Shown: piece by piece, positions 55,040-64,000 of the stretch
Position numbering within the stretch: position 1 is the first letter of the stretch
Layout of the letters: each line of letters opens with the position of its first letter
Assembly: GCA_030324005.1 (NCBI GenBank)
Contig: JARDVH010000193.1
Coordinates: 80,294,837-80,358,836, forward strand
Length of the DNA: 64,000 bases
Source: Negaprion brevirostris
Lineage: Eukaryota
Direction of reading: 5' to 3'
Program-made: the position numbers and the translations under genes
Notes under the pieces: model-generated
The model's database searches: none
Seen by the model: only the letters and a program-made list of their open reading frames with translations
Told to the model about the DNA's origin: nothing

Positions 55040-55397
55040 TTTCTAACAGGACTAGACAGGGTAGATGCAGGGAGGATGTTCTTGATGGTGGGCGAGTTCG
55101 GAACCAGGGGTCACAGTCTGACGATTCAGGGTATTTAGGTCAGAGGTGCGGTGCGGAGACATTTCTTGAACCAAAGAGAGGTGAGCCTGTGGAATTAATT
55201 ACCACAGGAAGGATGCCAAAACATTGAATTTATTCAGAAGGTGGCTGGATATAGCACTGGGGCAAATGGGACCAAGGATATAGAGAAGAAGCAGGATTAG
55301 GCTATTGAGTTGGATGATCAGCCATGATCATAATGAATAGTGGAACGTGCTCACGCAGGCCAAATGGCCGCCTCCTGCTCCTATCTCCTATGTTTCC
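55040..55397 (+). mobile_element. CR1 LINE 3' fragment
   Basis: gactagacagggtagatgcagggaggatgtt...gatcagccatgatcataatgaat...cctatgtttc. Confidence 0.85.
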
Positions 55398-56566
55398 AAA
55401 GGCTAAGGATCTTGGAATATTTAATTCCCAATCTTGGTCACTCTGCAATCATGCCTTTGTAATGGCCATTAGATCAAATGCATTAATTTCTGTCTGTGTC
55501 ACAGTTTCACTTATTTTGTTGTGAATGCTTTGTGCATTCAGATGTAGTACCTGTAGCTTAATAATTCTTCTTTTTCCTTCATCACTTCTTGCCTGTTTTT
55601 GTTATGCTTGCTATTCCTCCCAGAAACTTCTTCCTTACCATTCTTTCTGCTGTGCATTTAACCTTCTAATCTTTGTCCCTATGCCTTTATGCATGTGGTT
55701 CAAACAATAATCCAGAGTTTAGTATCTAAGACTTTGCATTTCAATTTGGATTCTAGCTTCTCATGCTGTCTCAGCAGAACCTCATTCCTTGTTCTACCTT
55801 TGTTATTGGTTCCTTCATGTACCTTAAGATCAGGATTCTCCCCCTCTCAATGCAAGTTCTTCTTGAGGTGCAAGGAGGTGTCTTTAAACCCTGGCATCAG
55901 AGACAAGCAACAACGAAGCATCAGAAATCCTGGTTGAGGCTGCAGAGAATGGTTTTCACCCCTCTGATCTGACTGTCCTGTTTCACTACTACATTCCTAT
56001 ACCCTTTCTAAAAATTTGACTGTCTACATATCCAGCCTACAAAATGCCCATATCTGTGTAGGCAGAAGAACCTCATATCTGTTAGGTAAGAAGCTGAGGT
56101 TGCTCCTGCTAGTATCTGGGATATCCTCAACTACCTGACTTGCAGTCACATGTGTCCGTGACCATGAACCAGACCTGTGCAACTATCTAACCCAAGGAGT
56201 ATGACCACTTCCTGGATATAAATTTCCAGGTAATAATCCCTCTTGATGACCTGCAATACCTGCACCTTGAACACCAGTTCAACAAATCTGAGCTGCAGAG
56301 TTAGATGCAGACAATTACTACAGATGTGGTTGGCCAGAATCAGAGTGATCTTCAAGCCCCACATTGTGTGGCTGTGGCGTACTGCTACATTGCCATCTCC
56401 ATCTAACTTTGTTTTATCTATTTAATTAAGGTTTGTATATCTAATCAATTTGACTTTTTTATTCATCTTGTTCAAAATTATAGGTTTGTTAAGTGTTTCC
56501 TGTACACTTAATCCCTTCAAATGCTATAATGTTACTTCATGCTTTCTTTGATCGTTTTATTTTTAG

Positions 56567-56634
56567 GAAGCCTCTAATAGCTACAGTGGAAAAACAACTT
56601 TTAGGTGAACATTTACCAGCCATTCTTCAGAAAG
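56567..56634 (+). CDS. CUL4B: Cullin-4B coding exon 9 (68 bp)
   Basis: tttAG|(Q)KPLIATVEKQLLGEHLPAILQK(G)|GTAAC. Confidence 0.96.
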
Positions 56635-56885
56635 GTAACCTGGATTTTTATGCACTAATTAAAATTGGCGTATGTGTTTGTAACCATGTCATTCCATATC
56701 CGTGAGCTATAATTAAAATCATCTGTTCATTCATTCCCTAAAGCTTAACAACAAAATATCAATAATGAGTTGGGACTTAGATTTGCACAAGCTACTTTAT
56801 TCCATGATGGGATTTTGGATTTTGCGATACTTCTGTATTTTGGTCCCACCCCAAAGCAAACAAAATTATTCTTAAAACCTTGCAG

Positions 56886-57004
56886 GTTTAAACAGTCTTC
56901 TGGATGAAAACAGGATACAAGATCTTTGTCTTCTTTACCAGCTTTTTAGTCGAGTTCGAGGTGGAGTACAGGTTCTTCTGCAACATTGGATTGAATATAT
57001 AAAG
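56886..57004 (+). CDS. CUL4B: Cullin-4B coding exon 10 (119 bp)
   Basis: tgcAG|(G)[39 protein letters not shown]|GTATA. Confidence 0.97.
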
Positions 57005-57356
57005 GTATATCAAGTTTGTTTCTTAATTTAGCAATAACTGTAGTAACTGAATTAAAAATACAAGTTGCCTACACTTTTTTTCAAAAAGTTACGTGTTTCA
57101 CAAGGTCTGTTTTTAACTTCTAATTAATTAATTTGTTGACTAAAGATTGCAGTGCTAAACTTGATTTTTCTGAAATAAATGAAAATCCTGGAAATACTTG
57201 GCAGGTCCAGTAGCATCTGGGGAGGGAAACAGTCAGTGTTTCAGATTGTGGCATTCCAGAATGATTTCCAGTCATATGTGATAGTTGATTTTAACCATGT
57301 CAATTGGCTACAGTATAAAGAAATGCTTCCTGTTTATTGACTACTTGGTCCTCCAC

Positions 57357-57660
57357 ATCATAGAATCTGTACAGTGCAGAAAGCGGCCATTTGGTCCACC
57401 CAGCCTGCACTGTCAACATTCCCACCCAGGCCCTATTCCCGTAACCCTATATATTTACCCTGCTAGTCTCCCTGACACTAAGCGTCAATTTAGCATAGCC
57501 AATCAACCTAACCCACACATCCTTGGACTGTGGGAGGAAACTGGAGCACCAGGAGGAAATGCACACAGACATGGGGAGAACATGCAAACTCCACCCAGAC
57601 AGTGACTCCAGGCTGGAATTGAATCCGGGTCCCTGGTGATGAGGTGGCAGTGCCATGTGC
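57357..57660 (-). mobile_element. V-SINE copy
   Basis: Homologous to 11880-12192. Confidence 0.85.
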
Positions 57661-60600
57661 CAACTTCCATATCTTGCTTTCCAGCATGTTCACATGTCAT
57701 TACTGCAAGTTTGCATTCTCTATGCTGACAAGTATCTTGCAGATGCCTGAAGTTTTTTTTCAACTGAAGTCCCTTGAGACACGAGATCTGACTCATGAAG
57801 TTTGTACCTCATATCTGGTTAGTCTGCCACCAGGATTCCGTCTGTTTGCTTAACTTTACAGTGTCCCAAGGATTTGAAAAGCCAAATGCAGTTTAAATGA
57901 CCATTAAGGTGCCTTAGTAAGATTTCTGGAGATTTGAACTCCATATAACCCAGCCCGCTAATTACTTTNNNNNNNNNNATTGGGATATCACTATTTAGAC
58001 GCAATGAAAGAGAAGTCAACTTCCACATGATAAGTATCTTTCAATGGGTCACTTCTTCCCTGTCTTGCATCAGTTTCCTGAGGGAAAAGTTCTAACCCAT
58101 CCATGGAATACATGAGCCTTCTGTTTCTTCTTACACGGTGCAATTTCTTGCACTTTCTGCTATTAACTGCACTTGTAGGTGAAAATTCTGTCAATCTTGC
58201 TCTGAACTTTTAGTTTGCTCTGAGCCCTCAAAACCACCAGCTTTTTATCTTCTGTAGATCTTTCATAGGTTTTGCACTGAAATTGTATTTAGAGGGCGTA
58301 TATGTGTACCACAAAAAAGTAAATCCTGGGACTGCCACTCAGTTATTCTTGTCCACCTAGTTTCCTTTATGGCTGGTGTAATCCAGCTGTACTCTCAAAA
58401 TGTTTTGTACACCAGCACAAAGGCCCACTTTCTCAGTCAAATGAACAGAGATTTAATCTCTGAGATGAAATATGATCTTGTGTTCATCATATGGGGAGTA
58501 ATGTTCACTGAATGAACAGTAATGCTACTTTTCTGACTTGAGTAAAAATACTTTGACAGGGATATCTCAGACTAAAGTTTAAACCAGGCTCAGTAAGAAA
58601 CTAAATTGGGAAAACAAAAGTTTAAAAGGTTTAATAGCAGATAGATAAGTTGATTTTTTCCTCAGTGTTGTCAGCTGTGTAGATGAGCTCTTTGCTTTAG
58701 GTAAAAGGAGTGATAAGTTTGTACATGGGGAGAGAGAGCATGAGTTTTGGATTGCTGTAGCAAAAATGGGCGCATGTATGATGGGTCGAATAGCCTTTTT
58801 GCAGTAACCTCTGATTCTAAATTGGACTTCTGAAATCCAGCTTGAGAGTTGGCTTGGCAAACAAAATTCACCATATTTTTTAAAAAAACATTTACTATTG
58901 GTAGACAGTTATTCTTCCCTTTGCTTTGAAACTTTGACAGAGATCATGAATGACCAAAAAACTATCTCACAATTTGGTAAACCTAAATCTCAAATTTTGA
59001 AGGCAGTTATGGTGTTTTTTTAATCATGTGCAACAGTAAACATCAAATAATTCCATTTCCTTGCTTACTGGCTCCAACCCACCATGGTGAGCTGGTCAGT
59101 GTCACTTTTACTGGACAATTGAAAAGCCCATCGATGTAACTAATTGTTGGTGAGAAATAGTAATTATCTGTAACAGGAGTGAATTTTACACCTGACACTC
59201 ACCCACCCCATCTTGACAAATGTGACTTGTCTTTTGAAGTAGCATTGTAAATGACACATTTTTATTTCATGCACATGCAGAAGGCTTTTGGTAACCTTTT
59301 CAGCTCACAGCACCAGTTAATAAAATCCCACAAAGAACTATTAAAAAGGCAGTCTTCTATGATTTGAAATACTTAGCCACTGAGATCATGGTTGTACTTA
59401 TTTCTTACGGTAGTTACTAACTCATATTTTAGTGTTGGTGCCCACTGACATTTAGTTTGTATAAGAGTTTCTTGAGCAGTATCAAAGGTCTCTTGGCAGC
59501 AGAGATATACTTCCATGTTGTGACCCTCGCCCATTACCAATAATTTGGGTTTTAATCTTTTCAACACTAATGCATCTGGTCCAGTGTAACCTTGTTAAAA
59601 CCATTTTTTACACTTGGTGCATGTATTATATTTTGCTTCCAATTTTTGATTTTGTTGGCATTTTGATAACTGAGGTCAGATCACAGGTTCAGTAATTGTC
59701 GGTTGCCATTTTTAATAATAACTATATTTCAATATTTCCAGTTTATTGGAACATCCTCTTTAACTCTCAATGGCAGATAAGAATATGAAAATAGATACAG
59801 TACCCTGGAGTACATAGGGTTCACGCAAATATTCATCCACTTAAGCCTTAGGCATTCATTCACTTCAGCTTTTCTAAAATATCTAATTCTCAGACTTCAG
59901 TATGTAAGATTCTGCATGTTAAGTGTTGGATGTTATGTTTGTTCATGGCCTTCTTGACAAAAGTGTCTGAAGTAGTTATGTAGGTGATAGCCAAAATAAA
60001 AATTGATTTTTGCAGCATTTTAATGTAGACAAACATTTCAGGGCATTTCAGAGAGGCATAATCAAAAAGTGGACCGTCAGCCAAAGAAAGCGCATCAAAA
60101 TGTTTTGTCACTGATTATTGGAAGCAGCAGACCCCAGCCAGGGAATCTTGGTGTACTTGGATCTGGAGGTGGAGAAGACACTCATGAGGTTTTTAGCAGC
60201 AGTTAACTTAAAGGAGAAACACTGGTGAATGATGTTGTGGAGGTTGGTGGGGCGCAGATTGGATTCAGCACTCACCCAGGGATTCAGTGGGATGTTTAAG
60301 TTGAGAGTAGGCTCAAATAACCAGAGAACATGGCTGGGAGGAGAATGGAATTGGTGTATGTCTTAATCATTCTTTCCTTCCACTATCCTCCCCTTGTCCT
60401 ATCCCCTTTCCGGAATGGTCTGCGTTCTTGTAAGTTATATTCATTTCCATCAGCCAAGCTTAGTTGCCTCCATAATTTTTCATGACGTTGTAATTACTAT
60501 TTATCATTAATGGCTACAGTTCATCCACTTAATTTCTGAATGCTTACTGCCTGTGCAGTGCCTCTGAAGTAGATCCCTAACCATTGTCTGCTTAATGTTA

Positions 60601-60784
60601 TAAAGTCTGTGGTGCTATATTTTGGGTTTCTTTTGGTTGTTCTCCAGACTCCACCTTGCCCCATCTAATTTAAACCTGAGGTAACTTTTGTTTGTTACAG
60701 GTCTGCTTTTGCCAGTCCTTTAAGAATGGAGCCATTGCTGCTGTAACAGTTTATTTTGCACCATTCAATTAGTCAGTTATTTAC

Positions 60785-61030
60785 ATAGAACATAGAACAT
60801 AGAACATTACAGCGCAGAACAGGCCCTTCGGCCCACGATGTTGCGCCGACCAGCTTTTNNNNNNNNNNNNNNNNNNNNNNNNNNNNNNNNNNNNNNNNNN
60901 NNNNNNNNNNNNNNNNNNNNNNNNNNNNNNNNNNNNNNNNNNNNNNNNNNNNNNNNNNCTTTTGTTCTTGACATACCTATAGAACGCCTTAGGATTCTCC
61001 TTAATCCTATCAGCCAAAGCCATCTCATGT
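60785..61030 (-). mobile_element. CR1 LINE pieces spanning a gap
   Basis: (atagaac)n tail; ALADRIKENPKAFYRYVKNK. Confidence 0.8.
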
Positions 61031-61604
61031 CCTCTGTTAAACTTCCCTGTTTATCTCAACTTGTTTAACAGAGCTTCAGATACTGTCTCATTTCATCTAT
61101 CGATGGAATAATTCTCCAAATTAATTGATTCCAGATCCAGCTGTTTGCGTAGACGGGATAATATTTTTCTCTGCATCAGTAAAGACTAAGATGAAACCTG
61201 ATGATGTTCAGACTTGTAAAAGGTTTTGATAAAGCCTGTAAACTAAGTCTACTTGTTTGTGATTTGGTAACTGGAGGACGTAAACGTTAAGATTATTAAA
61301 AGAATGAAGGGAGAGGTTAGGAATTCTGAGTGTATGGATATCTTACTAGAAACAGCTATGACATCAGAATTATAGCAACTTTCAGAATGAATGTTGGTAA
61401 TTATTTGGAGAATATATATTTTTAAAAGATAATTTAGTGGCATGCTCACCCAATCCTGTCTGTGTGGATTTGTACTGATAACAGTCATGGATAAACATGA
61501 AACTTTTTGTCCTGACTAAAAGAGATCAGTGCAGGGTGCGTTATGATGTGACTTAGTCATGGAGAGGTACAGCTCCAATGGCCTTGTTAGAAGAGCTGAG
61601 CATT

Positions 61605-62700
61605 TGCTTTGTTATTGTCACACGTATTAGTATATTGTAAAAAGTATTGTTTCTTACATGCTATACAAAGCATATCGTACGTGGGGAAGAAAAAGAGAGT
61701 GTAGAATGTAGTGTTACAGTCATAGCTAGAAAAAGCAACTTAATGCGAGGCAGGTCCATTCAAAAGTTTAATGGCAGCATGGAGGAAGCTGTTTTTGAGT
61801 CAGTTGGTATTGTCCTCAATTTTTTGTATCTTTTACCCAACAGAAGAAGATGGATGAGAGTATGTCCTGGTGCATAGGGTCCTTGTTTCTGCTGGCTGCT
61901 TTTCTGAGGCAGCGAGAAGTATAGACAGTGTCACAGGCTGGTTTGAGCGATGGACTGGGCTTCATTTGCGACTCTTTTTAGTTTATTGCTGTCTGGGACA
62001 GAGCAGGAGCCATACTAAGTTGTGATACAACCAGAAAGAATGCTTGCTATGGTGCATCTGTAGAAGTTGGTGACAGTTGTAGTGGACGTACCAAATTTCC
62101 TCAGTCTCCTGCAAAAGTTGGTAGGCTTTCTTAACTATAGTATCTGCATGGAGGGTCCAGGACAGGTGGTTGGTGATCTACAAATCTAAACACTTGAAGC
62201 TCTTGACCATTTGTACTTCATCCCCATTGATGCAGACGGGGTATGCCCTCCACTATGCTTCCTGAAGTCATTGACTATTTCCTTTTTGTTGACATTGAGG
62301 GAGAGATTATTATTGTTGCAGCAGTTCACCAGATTCTGTCTCTTTCCTGTACCGTGTCTTGTCGTTGTTTGACATCTGAAACAGCGGTGGTGTCATCATA
62401 AGCTTGAAAATTGAGTTGGAGGGGAATTTGGCCACATTGTCAGAAGTGTATAAGGAGTATGGTAAGGGGCTGAGGACACAGCCTTGCAGAGCACCAGTGT
62501 TGAGAATGACCGTGGAGGTGTTGTTGTTGCCTGTCCTTACTGACTGCAGTCTGTGGGTTAGAAAATCTAGGATCCAGTTGCAGAGGGAGGAGTCAAATCC
62601 CGGGCTATGAAGTTTGGAGATGACTCTCAGGAATCATGGTGTTGAACGCTGACCTGTATTAGGTGTTTCAAGTTATGTAAGGCCAGGGAGATGGTGTCTG
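61605..62700 (-). mobile_element. Rex1/Babar-type LINE fragment
   Basis: Homologous to 46437-47781. Confidence 0.75.
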
Positions 62701-63076
62701 TTGTTCTTGGAGTGCTTTACGTGTTACCTTGGGGCCCTGCTATTTATTGCTATTCACTGATTCGTGCTGAAAAGAGCACATCAATGAACATTTGGAGGTA
62801 ACGGGATTTAATTTGCACATTTCAACAGATTTGACGTTTGACGTTGTCTGAAGAATGGTCACTTCAGTAAAGCATTGAAGGGATGCAAGGGATGTGATAC
62901 TCTGGCAAGAATTTACATGTTGAAGCAAGGAAAGTGGGAGGGACACTGTTTAATTCCTGATGGCTGCAGCCAGATGTTTTTCACTCTTAAATGGTGTAGT
63001 CATGTAAGTATTTCCTGTTACAGTTAGTCTTACTCAGAAATTTGATTAAAGTTGGTTAATTTTTTTTATTCCTCAG

Positions 63077-63269
63077 ACCTTTGGCAGTACAATAGTAATT
63101 AATCCCGAAAAAGATAAAACGATGGTTCAAGAGCTGTTAGATTTCAAGGACAAAGTGGATCACGTAGTAGATGTCTGCTTCCTGAAGAATGAAAAATTTG
63201 TCAATGCAATGAAAGAAGCCTTTGAAACCTTCATAAACAAACGACCTAATAAGCCAGCTGAACTAATAG
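63077..63269 (+). CDS. CUL4B: Cullin-4B coding exon 11 (193 bp); gene continues beyond window
   Basis: ctcAG|[64 protein letters not shown]|GTATG. Confidence 0.97.
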
Positions 63270-63727
63270 GTATGGATAACAAATTGAAAAGTTTTAACAA
63301 ACAATTGTCAAACTGCTACCCTGACTTTATTTTATAATAGTTAATAATCTTTAGCTTAGAAGATGTGCATGTAACTGCACCGTAGCAGAGTAGTAGATTA
63401 TGCAATGCGATAAGAATTCCTGTCCTTCTCAGACAGCGTCCCAGAGATCATAAGCAACATAAACTTGACACATCTAGTATGAAATTCCTGGTTTGCACTT
63501 TGACATAATTAACGTTAAGCTCGAAAAGAAGCTTAAAGAAACAAAGGCACTCATTTGACACAGGTGTCTCTGTATACATATCCTCTGATGCAAGAACAGT
63601 AAAACTCTGATCTCATCCAATGAGATGTCAGATATTGTAGTCTTAAATCTTTAGCTTAATAAAAGAATATCATGTAAATCATTTGAGCTGGAAGATGCAT
63701 TGTTTTGTAATCTTCAATATGTTACAT

Positions 63728-63885
63728 TTTCTCCGGGTGCTCCGGTTTCGTCCCACAGTCTGAAAGACCTGCTGGTTAGGTACGTTGACCCGAACGGGCG
63801 CTGGAGTGCGGCGACTAGGGGAATTTCACAGTAACTTCTTTGCAGCGTTGATGTAGGCCTTAACTTGTGACTAATAAATAAACTT
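63728..63885 (+). mobile_element. 5'-truncated V-SINE-family copy
   Basis: tctccgggtgctccggtttcgtcccacagtc...gtgactaataaataaac. Confidence 0.75.
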
Positions 63886-64000
63886 TTAAAAAAAAACTTT
63901 AGATGAGCAGAGTAATTGAATAAGTCATTCATGCGTCAGTGGATTTTGCATTTTGCAGATTGTTGAATTAGAGGCTCCGAACTGTGCCTGATCTGTCTAC

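Overview
Eukaryotic, repeat-rich, gappy draft sequence. The repeats (tRNA-derived V-SINE/HE1-like SINEs, CR1, Rex1/Babar, Penelope) point to a cartilaginous fish, probably a shark. The main gene is cullin-4B (CUL4B) on the + strand. It has a GC/CpG-rich promoter at ~12.6-12.85 kb and 11 coding exons from 12857 to 63269 (~494 aa after removing a false gap); the gene continues past the window. Intron 3 is a minor-spliceosome (U12) AT-AC intron. The most unusual region is 7.5-11.7 kb, upstream of CUL4B. There a V-SINE is split at an 8-bp duplication (TCAGGTCA) by a ~3.8-kb block. The block has a U2-snRNA-headed short retroposon at each end and contains spliceable minus-strand exons ending in an ITIM-like motif (VIYAEI). 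It is either a real composite insertion or a repeat-induced misassembly next to an N gap. No prokaryotic systems (CRISPR, operons) are present. All family names come from recognition of the sequence, not database searches, and repeat boundaries are approximate.
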